The translations under genes were made by a program, and so were the position numbers. A DNA stretch of 64,000 nt. Source: Patellaria atrata CBS 101060. Lineage: Eukaryota. Every line of letters starts with the position of its first letter. The first letter of the stretch is position 1. Shown one piece after another: positions 37,482 to 48,500 of the stretch. Location of the stretch: positions 1,138,004-1,202,003 of the forward strand of contig MU006096.1 of assembly GCA_010093705.1 (NCBI GenBank), written 5' to 3'. The notes beneath the pieces were generated by a model. The model made no database searches, was not told the origin of the DNA, and worked only from the letters and a program-made list of their open reading frames with translations.

Positions 37482-38426
37482 TCACATTCCAGCCCATTCT
37501 ATGCAAAATGCTCTAACTCCATCTTCAGCTCTTTCAGAGTCACTTGGTTTAGCATTATGTTCTGTAGTTGGTTTCCCACCTATCATCAGTGCTTTCTTAA
37601 CACCAGTACCCAGTCTGCCTCCTCCAATAAGGTCATTCACATCAAACTCTTCTTCCCAGCTAAATCCATTAGCTAGAAAGTGGCTGTGGTAGCGAAGAGG
37701 ATCTCCCGGATATACTGTGTACTGACAGCCAAACCGTAGACCAGGCGTAACAAAATATCCTTGCGTTGCAAGATGAGCAAACAGAGGATATGAAGGAGGA
37801 ACTTCCGGCAGCGGAAGTGACGGCGAAGGCGCATTAGGTGATAGAAGATGGTGTGAAGTCATAGGGGTTACGAAGAATCGCTCTTTGGTGACCACGCTCG
37901 TAGTAGAATAAGCAGGTGACGAAGGACGAGGGCTTGGTTCAAAGAATAGTTCGTTCGTATCATGATGTGCATCGAAGCTTAACGCCGAAACGTCCAATTG
38001 CTCTGAGCCCTTCTCCATCCGCTTCCTCTGTTTCTTCTCCGCCTCCCGCTCTAACGCTTTCACCTTCCGCTCATTAGCCTCTCTCTGGAAAGCTTTCGAT
38101 GCATCGACGCCCTGCTTCTCAAGCGCCTTCTGGTACGCCACCCGCTCCGCAATGTTCAGACCAGATACTGCCTGTTTGTGGGCAACGACATCATCGACGA
38201 TATAAGCGACCCCTTTCTCCACGAGCAGCCGAGCTTCTTCTGGGAGAATCTCACACGGGATCCCCAGAAAGACGTTTTGTTGAGGATGAGTTGGGAGGGT
38301 ACCGGCGAGGACACCGCACATATTGTACTCTCGTCGGACATGAGTAATCGTATCGATGTCAAAGAGGAGATAGCGGTGGGAGACGCAGGAGATGGGGAAA
38401 GGTTCTTGGACCTTGGTGTTCGCCAT
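37482..38426 (-). CDS. SEN34: tRNA-splicing endonuclease subunit Sen34
   Basis: GVLAGTLP..PQQNVFLG.P...LPEEA, TPGLRFGCQYTVYPGDPLRYHSH, GGGRLGTGVKK, IEWAGM. Confidence 0.93.
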   Translation of the reverse strand: MANTKVQEPFPISCVSHRYLLFDIDTITHVRREYNMCGVLAGTLPTHPQQNVFLGIPCEILPEEARLLVEKGVAYIVDDVVAHKQAVSGLNIAERVAYQKALEKQGVDASKAFQREANERKVKALEREAEKKQRKRMEKGSEQLDVSALSFDAHHDTNELFFEPSPRPSSPAYSTTSVVTKERFFVTPMTSHHLLSPNAPSPSLPLPEVPPSYPLFAHLATQGYFVTPGLRFGCQYTVYPGDPLRYHSHFLANGFSWEEEFDVNDLIGGGRLGTGVKKALMIGGKPTTEHNAKPSDSERAEDGVRAFCIEWAGM

Positions 38427-38873
38427 GGTGGTTTTATAGTGTAAGCACAGAGGCTCCGGTGGTGCACTATTTAAAAACTTAGCAAGTGTAATAATAGAGT
38501 GCTGCGTATAAGTACTACGAAGGTATTGAAGTCATATAGATCATTATTAAATTTGGTCGTCAATTATCCAGTCAATTGATACTGGAATCAGTGGATTGAC
38601 AGATATTTTTGTTAATAATCATTCGAAATGGAACGAGAGAGATAAAAAAAAATTGCTTTCTTACCCTTCACCCTCCTTTAATAACTGAATATCTACTGTT
38701 GTGGAGATCCATAGTGGTAAGTCAAAACCGAAGCTCTGATGTTCGTTGATATATGTGGGAGAAATTCTCAGAGAATTGTTTGGTCTGTTTGCACATGATG
38801 ACAATACTCATCTCCAGCCTTTCTGTTCGGGAAGTTAACATATTCCTTAAGACTGTTGATTCGGATAATTAGG

Positions 38874-39200
38874 ATGGAAATTATACCTATTCTCATATTG
38901 CTTCTAGTAATACCATTTACACTGTTCATGGGTTAGTCCACTCTCTGAAGTTTGAATACGTTTGCTAATACATTAACAGTCTGGCTTGCTATATCATCAT
39001 GTTTAGGGAACAACTTCCGTGCGAGGTTTTCCAATCTACCTATCACTCCACGTCAGATGAACTTTGGAAGATCGTATGGAAGAGGAATGGGATCCGGGGT
39101 AGCTCAAGGAGGCTGGGAACATATTGAAATGGAAGATATGATAGCAGACGATTTTGATGAAAGTGATGATGACCGTAGCATTAATCACGGCAGAAGATGA
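38874..39200 (+). CDS. Small (about 92 aa) single-TM protein, 2 exons, not fully visible in the ORF track
   Basis: ATG 38874 gives MEIIPILILLLVIPFTLFM; a GTTAGT...GCTAAT...CAG intron (38932-38979) joins it in frame to VWLAISSCLG...GGWEHIEMEDM...*. Confidence 0.65.
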
Positions 39201-39491
39201 TGGTACTTTTTGAACATGTGGAATTCATATCGTCGTATTCTCATGTGGAAAGACTCTGTCGGTTCCCACCGGCTCTCGGCCAGTACGCACACCGCGATAT
39301 GAGCCTATCCGTACACGACCATAAAGGTCTGTCCCTTTTTTCCTTAGGCCAATTATGCAAGCTGGAAGTCCTCAATCCAAGCAGACCTTTTGTACAGCTG
39401 AGCCGATATTCGATTTCGCCCTCAGTATCTCTTAGCCCCTTACGTTTGCAGCTTTCCATTTCCTTCTCCAGATGAAGACCGTCTCTCAATA

Positions 39492-40136
39492 TCATCCCTG
39501 ATCCGCACGCTCTAGGAATGAAGGATCCAAATCAATCTTCTTCTCAAACTTCGTCCACCAATCCTGAAAGCTCTTCAGTGGTATAACCTCCTGGCCCCCT
39601 GGTCCCGTACTTCCCGCGAAGCTCGCTAAAAAGTTGAATGCATTCCCTATTATTCTCTGTGCTAGCACTTTCGTGGACACCGGTGATGGTCCGGGCTGCG
39701 CTTTTACCAGTCCATTGATCGTTGTCATTGCATTGGCGTTCTGTTTGAGGTTCGCCAGTGCCACTGATATTTGAGCGACTGGCTCTACGGATATGCCCAG
39801 TGTAACGTTCCCGTTGGGTCCTGGAGTGGGTGTTGGCTCGTCCATCATTGCGTCATCTTCAAAACCGCTATTTATGGAAGCTCCGCTATTGTTTATTTTG
39901 AAAACGGCACTCTGCTTCTCGTTTGCGATCGCTCCGAGAAGCTTGAATTCGGTAGATGTCGGGAGTTGGACGTATACAGCGGCGGCGGTGTCGGGTGGGA
40001 GGGTCGTGCTGGGAAGAAGGAATACCACTATATGGCTGAATGATGGAACGGCCGGTATTGAAAACGCGAATTGAGTCTGTGATACGGCTTGTCCTTCAGT
40101 GATAACTGGCCGTCCTGAGACTACAATGCCGAACAT
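39492..40136 (-). CDS. OPI10: Opi10/Hikeshi (DUF775) Hsp70 nuclear import carrier homologue
   Basis: MFGIVVSGRP, HIVVFLLP, LGAIANEKQSAVFK, LGISVEP, AFNFLASF, FQDWWTKFEKKI..DPSFL. Confidence 0.9.
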   Translation of the reverse strand: MFGIVVSGRPVITEGQAVSQTQFAFSIPAVPSFSHIVVFLLPSTTLPPDTAAAVYVQLPTSTEFKLLGAIANEKQSAVFKINNSGASINSGFEDDAMMDEPTPTPGPNGNVTLGISVEPVAQISVALANLKQNANAMTTINGLVKAQPGPSPVSTKVLAQRIIGNAFNFLASFAGSTGPGGQEVIPLKSFQDWWTKFEKKIDLDPSFLERADQG

Positions 40137-40587
40137 GTTGCTTCGATCGGGGAGTGGTTGTGGTACTGAGCAATTGATGCTTAGTATAGGCCCATTTTTA
40201 TGATATGTAGGAGATCTCCTACACCGAAAGGTCTCACGTTTGTTGAGTTGAGAATCGTTTAAGGCTACTTTAGCTCTCGAAGTTTCCAATGCCCATATCA
40301 CCGCTCTTGGCATTGAAGTGGGATGCGTTATCGATAAGGCACATACTAACTTATGCAGCTGAGGTGGTTGACAGGCTGACAGAATGGAATTAGGCCTCTA
40401 CTACTAAGCTACTGTATAGAATAAAGAAGTCAATGCAGGAGTATCAGAATCCATGTCCCCTTCTAACCGTAGTCTCCGGGTATAAGCACACTAATTGTAG
40501 GAAAGTGAATAATCCTCTCTTCAACTGAATTTAACCTCTCGTGCCCCTCAGTTTCATTCCTTAAAGAGCTATAAATCCAGTATCACT

Positions 40588-41649
40588 ATGGTGGAACAGA
40601 AGCTTAGAACGAATCTGGAGCTTATACACGAGTGTGACAAGTAAGTCGCACAGCACAGGGTAGCTTTCCGCTTAGATCTGATCTCTGTACACAGCTTTCC
40701 CTATTTCCACGATGATCCGTTAGAGTACCAAAGACACATTCAGACATACTATCACCTCCGGGTCTCAGATGAGCCCGCTACCTTAGGTTACCTGCTACCT
40801 TCTGTGGCCCAAGTGTTTAAAGGTCTCGAATCATGGGATCTTGACGAAGATGATCGCGTGCTCACTCTCACGGCTGGCCACGATGTAGAGACCCGTTCAG
40901 CGGCTGTAGCTGCAACGACAGCTGCAATGCGTCAAGTAGGCCATTTCAAAGTGCTACAAGGCTGGAGGGACGAGCTATATCCTGTATTTGGAAAAGGTGG
41001 AAAGCATCTCTTTGATGTCGAGAGATCGGCTGCTTGCCTCTTTGGCGTTATCACTTATGGTGTGCACATGACTGCATATGTGCGCTCCAAAGAAGATGGG
41101 AAGATTAAGATTTGGGTACCTAGACGAGCTACGAATAAGCAGACATACCCAGGTATGCTTGACAATACCGTTGGCGGAGGCTTAGCATCTGGAGAACAAC
41201 CCTTCGAAGCTCTGGTAAGAGAGTGCGCAGAAGAAGCTTCCATACCTGAGGATCTGGTGCGCGAACGGGCCACGGCCGTTGCTGGTGTTACGTACTTTTA
41301 CATTAGAGACCATAGAGCCGGTGGCGAGTCAGGAATGATGCAGCCTGAGTGCCAATATGTATACGATCTTGAGCTACCGGAGGATTTCAAGCTGAAGCCA
41401 AGTGACGACGAAGTGCAAGAGTTCAATCTTCTGACTGTCGAAGAGACACAGGCGGCGATGTCGAGAGCGGAGTTTAAGCCTAATTGCGCCCTAGTGCTGC
41501 TGGACTTCTTTGTTCGACATGGCATCCTAAACTGCGAGAACGAGCAGGACTATTTCGAAATCACTACGCGAACTCATAGACGTCTCGAGTTCCCCATGCC
41601 TCGACCACCAGTTACAACAGCAAATGGGACCGGACTATGTGGTAGATAA
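40588..41649 (+). CDS. Nudix hydrolase (thiamine pyrophosphokinase-related, YJR142W-like)
   Basis: ECD|..FPY, GWRDELYPV, ERSAACLFG..TYGVH, KQTYPGMLDNTVGGG, Nudix box RECAEEAS, EFKPNC. Intron at about 40641-40694. Confidence 0.9.
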
Positions 41650-41872
41650 AAGAAATTTTCTGCTTAATGAATATAGAAGCCCTTGGTATCTCGTAGACAT
41701 TGATGCAACCAAATCTTTGACTTGAAATTTTGATGAAGTACCTCACCGAAAGATTTCCTCTACGAGTCGATGTCCATAGAGTATAATTTTTAGTTCCCGA
41801 ACGCCTCGTCAATGCGACATGACACTGAAAGTCTCCAAACTCCAGGTTGAAACAATAGATGCGACTCCATGC

Positions 41873-42380
41873 TCATTTTTTCAGTAACATGTAAACGTAG
41901 TCGATTCGAAGTGGAGTAAGCTTCTTATAAGGGCCCTGCATGTATAGCAGTAATCCACCAAAGGACACAAACACTTTGCTATGATGCAGTCAGCGTTACT
42001 TGCTCATTCCTTTCCTTGTCTTGCACTAAATATCAAAAAGCACCTTAAGTGACTTACATATTCTCATTATCTGCCTCCTCAAACCGATAAACCTTACCAT
42101 GGCATACGTAATCGAACATATCCGCCAAAGTAGCTTCATTCCCCGCTTCTCTCCAACCCTTCTCCTCTTTCGAGCCGTCCATCTTCAACGTCTGAGCTAG
42201 TACAAGGGTCACGCTCTCGCCGGGAGTGATGGGATATAGCTCCCTATTGATGTCGAGAAGAAGGGTGGTTGTGTTGTCGGAAGAGGTGCCGGAAAGACGA
42301 GATACACGGTCATATTTCTCAGAGTTAACGGTGTCGATGCGGAAGGTGTCTTCGAAGAGTTGGGCGTCTTGGGTCGACAT
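41873..42380 (-). CDS. RPB8: RNA polymerase I/II/III shared subunit RPABC3
   Basis: LFEDTF, KYDRVSR, LDINRELYP, DYVCHGKVYRFE; second exon KVFVSFGGLLLYMQGPYKKL...YVYMLLKK*. Confidence 0.95.
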
Positions 42381-42616
42381 CGTGTATAAGATTTAGAGGC
42401 GCAGTATGTGGAAGTTTTCAGATTGTCGTATTTAAGCTATCGTACGAAGAGCTTTCTCGCAGAGTTGTATGGATGGTGATCCCGTGGTGGTGTACAGTAT
42501 CTTTCACATGCCGCATGCGAAGAAAAGTTGAAGCGTTCGTTCCTCGATTCTTGGCATTGACATCCCAAGATTCTTTCTCACTTCATTCCATCTCTACAAT
42601 CTGCAACCCGATCACA

Positions 42617-43895
42617 ATGTCGTTCCGCAAACGCAACATAGGGATATCTCGCACACAGCAGACCTTAGGTACAGAAATAGAAGAATCGTCTGCAGCACCC
42701 ACCCAATTACCAGGCGTAAGACCCTCCCCAATTGACGGTCGCCCAACCACATCCACAGGTACACCGACCCTTGATGCTCTGCTCGCAGGCCATGCTGGAC
42801 TAGCTCTAGGCAGTTCACTGCTCATAGAAGAAAGTGGAACCACTGATTATGCTTCCACATTATTGAGGTATTACGCCGCCGAGGGCATCATCCAAAGACA
42901 CAAAGTACACGTTGTAGGCGTTGGGGAGCAATGGGGACGCGAGCTACCTGGGCTCGTAGGCCCTGCCGATGGAACAGTTACTGATACAAAGGAAAACAAA
43001 GAGAAGGATAAGATGAAAATCGCATGGCGGTACGAGCGACTGGGTGAGTTTGGAGCCAGCACAGCTGGAAGCGGGAGTCGAGGTGTGTGGGACTTCACTA
43101 TCTTGTATATAAGCGCAGATTCAAAATATCCAGCAGTTCAATACTCAAACAGTCGGAAAACCGATACTAATCGAACTCTCAGCACCGACACTAAATCGTG
43201 CTCCTACCCCGACTGACTCTACTACTCCGTCTCAACCATCCCAACCCTTCGCGCATATATTCGACCTCACAAAGCGCCTCACCATCCCCACCTCTAACCC
43301 GATCAACCACATCCCGATCCCTACTACCCCCTCCAACAAATCCCCTTATGATCCCATCGTTCGCAACCTACAAAACTCCCTGATAACGCACCCCAACATA
43401 CCCCACCGCCTCCTCCTTCCCTCCCTCCTCTCACCCCTCCTCTACCCTCCCTCCAGTCCCCTTCCCCACCACCTCCTCCCCTTCCTCCACTCCCTCCGCG
43501 CTCTACTACGCTTGCACCCAAACCTCACCATCGTCCTCTCCGTCCCCCTATCCCTATACCCCCGCTCCTCAGCCCTAGTCCGATGGATCGAGCTCCTAGT
43601 CGACGGCGTGCTCGAATTATCTCCCTTCCCCTATTCACACACCGCGAGCGGCGGACCTAAGGATGAAGAGCAACCGCAAGGTCTGCTGAGAGTGTGGAAG
43701 CTGCCGGTGTGGGAAGAGAGGGGCGGCGGAGGTTGGGCCGGAGGTTGGGCCGGAGGGGGCGATTGGGCGTTCGTGGTGGGGAGGAAGAGGTTCGAGATTA
43801 AAGCGTGGAGTTTACCGCCTGTGGAAGGAGACACGGAGGCTCAAGAGGCGGCTGGTGGTGCCGGAGGGAGTGGAGGTAAGGGGTTGGAGTTTTGA
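42617..43895 (+). CDS. ELP4: Elongator complex subunit 4
   Basis: MSFRKRN, PGVRPSP.DGRPTTSTGT..LD.LL.GH.GL, EESGTTDY, YYAAEG, MKIAWRY, FAHIFDLTKR, WSLPPVEGD. Intron at about 43083-43182. Confidence 0.92.
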
Positions 43896-44387
43896 TGGGT
43901 TTGGGGGAAAGGGGGGGGATGGAGGGCCCGCCGTTGGAAGGCAAGGAAACTTCGAAGGAAGATCGTTCGGTAGTGTTTAAGCTTCATCCTTTTCCGTCCT
44001 GTGGTGTGTTCTATTTGCCATCGTACCTAGGAAGCAGGTCACGTAAACGCTAGGTGCCTCCTAGCAACGGTATAATACCTTCAACGGCCCCTTTTAAATC
44101 AACTCCGATATTCTTTTGCACTTATTGACCTTGAAAAGGTTCTTATTTATTCTACCTACACGATCATTTCATTACAACACTTATAGACTCCAAGATTTAG
44201 GTTTAGCTTTACCAGCTCTGTATTCCACCTTCTCAACGCCCCCGTGACAGTTTATATTGCTATTCTCCTACTATCCAATACTGTTAAATCACAAGTCCTG
44301 CTACGTCTCCAACACCAAAGAAAGAAATCCACGAGAACCCGATCAACATTAAGCGCCCTCGAAACCCCATCTCCAAAACCATCTCAA

Positions 44388-44798
44388 TCACTCACAACCC
44401 AAAGCACCATATTCATCACCCCTAACAACCTCCATCATCTCGCTCCCCAAAACCCTCACCTCGTCAACACTAACATCCGCCACCTCCCCCAACGTCACCA
44501 ACCCCCTGCGCATCAACATCTCCATAGCCGCCGCCGTCTCGGCGCTCAACAACCCCGCCTGGCAGCTCAGCAGCCCGCACTGCCCGAGACAGTACTGCGC
44601 GATGGCGTCCTGGTGCTCGAGGCGCTTCCGCAGGGTCCTTAGCTCGGTCTCGAGAGCTGCTATGCGGGATTCAAGGGCGGGGTCGGGAGGAGCAGGTGCG
44701 GTGGTGACGGAGGGCTTGGCCCCGCTTGCTTTGGAGCGCGTGTTTATTGTGCTAGTGGTTTGGGAGGCGGTTGTGCGGGCGCGCTTTCGGGGGGGCAT
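44388..44798 (-). CDS. Hypothetical 136-aa protein with NLS-like N-terminus and coiled coil
   Basis: MPPRKRAR start, heptad LESRIAALETELRTLRKRLE, and base composition like neighbouring real genes; no family recognised. Confidence 0.55.
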   Translation of the reverse strand: MPPRKRARTTASQTTSTINTRSKASGAKPSVTTAPAPPDPALESRIAALETELRTLRKRLEHQDAIAQYCLGQCGLLSCQAGLLSAETAAAMEMLMRRGLVTLGEVADVSVDEVRVLGSEMMEVVRGDEYGALGCE

Positions 44799-45591
44799 CT
44801 TTGGTTTGGTCTGGTTTGGTTGGAGCTTGGGAGAATGAAGGAGGGATAGAGAGAGGATTTTGGCGCCTTTGAGGATGATGGGAGGTGTATTTGCGAGGTT
44901 TTGTGTGTGTGTTGGAAGGAGCAAATGTGTTGGGGAACTGGTAGGGTGGGAAGTAGATTTGAGCTTTGCTGTTGTTTGATGGTGATATTTGCACAGGTTC
45001 TTGGAAGATCAGTTTTCTTTCGTGCTTGATCTCGAAAGTATTCTTCCCTTTGACTGAAAACGAGAGAGGTTCTATTGTGGGATGGCCGGATGTGTGAAAG
45101 CTTGCGATATCTCTTTGTTCGTTTGCAGGAAAAACGACACCGTGATCCAGATCCCACAAGAACAAGGTATTCAGAAGTTTTGTGTTGTAGATGCCGCGAG
45201 CTCTTTGTTAGTATTCCTTAGCGAGTTCTTGTATTAGTTTTAGGAAATATTGAGACAGAATAGCTCTTCGTGATATTACGGGGATATAAAAGATGAAGGC
45301 ATATAATAATACTTTGAATGCGTAAGTAAATGCTTGTGTGGCTGCAATTAAATCCCAGGTCTCCACTCATGGATGGTGAACAATTAGCGCAATAACAACC
45401 TCCTCGAAATGCAATGCAATGGAACTTGAACAGCCAGCTCAAAGAAAACGACGAGTGATGCCTAGGTATCATAGCCACGCTCTTCCATGCAGAGATATCC
45501 CTAACTCGCGCCATAAATGTGAATGATCAAACTGCCTACTCCTAGATCTGGCCTTCAAAAGGAGAATGAAATAACTCGTGCTACCACCGTT

Positions 45592-48500
45592 TTAATCCCA
45601 GTCTCCATCAGCATCAGCATCCACACTTCCAGTGCTACTCTTTCTTCCTGGTGTAGTTTTGGCCTTAGATGGCCTTCCCCTCTTCGCCTTCTTTGGTGTA
45701 TTGGTTGCTGACATAGACCCTTTCCTCTTCCTGCCTCTGCCACCACCACTAGCCATGACGCTTCCATTCGCGCCCTCGTTCTCGCTCGGGGTTTCGTAAC
45801 CGGCTGCTGCACGAGCAAGTTCCGCGTCTTCCCCCTCTGAGTCGATCTTGAGTTCGTTGTCTACGGAAAGAAGTTCTGCAAACGCTCTACACTGCGCGAT
45901 CTGGGTATCCTGACTCTCCAAGGAAGCGAGAAGATTGGTTACCTTGTCCATATACTTATCACCCTTGATAAATGGAACTTTGGTAGGCGCCTTGTTGAGA
46001 TCTTTGACTGCGGGTTTGGCTTTACCATCTTTCTGCTTGTGCAAACCCCATAGGGTTCGAAGGAAAGAGCGGGTTTCCCAGACCATGGATAACGTAACAG
46101 CGGCTACAGTGAGTTGGTAAAGCCGTTCAGGTGGGACGCGAATGTTGGTTGGAATTGGGGTGGGAACTGGTTCCGCGACTGGCTCGGTAACTGGCTTGAC
46201 ATCGTCCTGCTCAGATTTGACTGGCGTCGGGACACTGTTTTCGGCTATGAAGATATTTTCCTGCGGAGCAACATTAATTTGTTCGACCTCAAGTCGTACA
46301 CCAAGAATTTCAAGTTCAATGGCGTGAGCAACTGGAGCACCCGTGGTTGTGACAAGTTTCTCCATGCAGGATATGAGATAGAGTAACTCGTCAGTACGGG
46401 CATATTCAAAGAAGGCTAGATTCTCAAGACAGAATCGGGAGAAAACTGTGTGCGTTGGTGGTGATCCAGTGACGTCGAGTTTCCCAAGCTCGAAATCTGC
46501 TCGAGAGCACATATTTGCTAGGAACCTCTTACGGACCTTCCCATTACCGGTCTTAAGTACGTCGAACAAGCGCCGAAGCTTTGAAGCTAGAGGTTGGCCA
46601 ATGGCACCTTGAGCGTTACCTGTAACTTCCTTCTGATATTTGAATGCATCAGAAACAGCCTTCATATACTCCTTCTCAAACATGCTCTCGTGCTTATGAT
46701 GCAAAATACGGTGCTCCGCAAAGGCAATGTCTGAGATAAGAGTATTCGGTGATGTTTCCAAGGCTACAAGCGCCGGTCCACACTCCTTAGGATGCATGAG
46801 TCCTTGCCGATTGATACTTGCAATGACTTCTGTGGCAGTTAAAGCCAGGTCGTCCGTAGAGGCCAACGCGATCTCCAAGATAAATGGAAGAAATGTCTGC
46901 GCAATACCGATTGCAACGCCGTCATTGTCAGTCCCTGCATAAGAAGCAGCGAAACGCGCTGAGCCTGTAGCGGCCCCTTCGCCAACCGCAATCTCAGCAC
47001 CACTTTCCGATCGTTTCTCTTCCAAAGAGAAGAAATTTCGAAAGCCAGATATGATGATGCGCTGCAACTGTTGTTCTCGGTTATGGAAGACTAACTTGAA
47101 AGCTGTTGAAACGTCTTCACGGATGTATTGTCGAGGTGAAGTAATAGAGATTTGACCGATACTCTCTAGTGCTGCCTGTCGAAGGGGAAGGGCATACTTC
47201 TGACGGGTCCAAACGCATAGTTCATCGACGATAAGACCAGAAACCAAATCTCCTTTCCATGACGGAAACTGACCTTTGAAATCCTTGATATTGTTCTCGA
47301 AATTACAGTTCTTGCCTAAGCATCCAGCAATAACGATGTATTTTTCTAGTCGCTTAATAACAGTGTTATCCTGAAGATCGGCCGTCTTCTGTTTCTGGAT
47401 TCCGGCCAGGACAGACTTCATCAGAGCCACTGGACGGCTCAAGTCCGATAGGGCACAACTGATCGTCCATATACAAGCTGCAACTTCGTCAAGTTCCAAT
47501 CTAGAAGGACATTTGGAAACGCTTGTCATTAGTTTTCCAAGCACATTCTTGAGGAACGGCTCTTCGAATGTCGTCAGAGACTCCAACGTCAAGCGAATAA
47601 TGACAGCCACTGATCGGAACATAACGAAATCGTCCATGGTAGCGAGATGCCCGAGGAACGGTTCTAGTAGCGTCAGCTGTTTAGCGGTAAACAACTTTGG
47701 GCGTGCCTTTGCGAATATGGTCAAAGTCTTAGCGATGCTATTCTGCGGAACATTCCCCGGTAGATCCCTGTTATCAACAATGCCGTCGAACATAGTTGTA
47801 ACAAGTGCTAAGCAGACTTGGAAGTTGCTGGTAGCATTTTTACTGTTGTTAGAAAGAACACTCTGCAGGAGAGACTCTAAAACCTGCAAGGCGCTATCCC
47901 CATGCTCAACGGTTTCAACGATGAGTACAACTTGCTTTCTGAGTGCGAGTTTGGACTGTACTGGATCTGACTGGTTTGAAGACGGCCCGTAGAAGGGAGC
48001 GAACCAGATCTCTTCGAACGTTTGTCGCGCAAGTTCGGAAATACTCTCATCGTGATCAGTGATTCTCTGAAGCAAATAGTGAGCAATGGTTGTCTTGACC
48101 TCTTTACCGTTGTTGCGTAGGTATATGTCTTTCAGCATCTTCATAGCACGCTTGCGAACATTGATACCAGCATCCATGGTACGCCTGCAGATCAATTTAT
48201 ACATTTCGGTTTCCAAAGAGGGTTTCAAAGTCAAGCACTTCCCTAGAAGATCCAATGCCGATGAACGAACTAAAGACGAGCCATCATTCAAACCTTTCAT
48301 GATGCCGGTTCTGACGAAGCCCTTGCTGACCAGAGAGGCCTCCTTATCTAGGAGTTGATCCAAGCTCTTCAAACTACGACTCCTAATGTTCGGGTATTCA
48401 CTGTCCATTGATTTGTTCAAATAGCCGAGAATATGGTCGAGACTTTTAGCAAAAGGCATACTCAAAACTGTGAGAGAAGATGCGAATCGAGCCAAACTTA

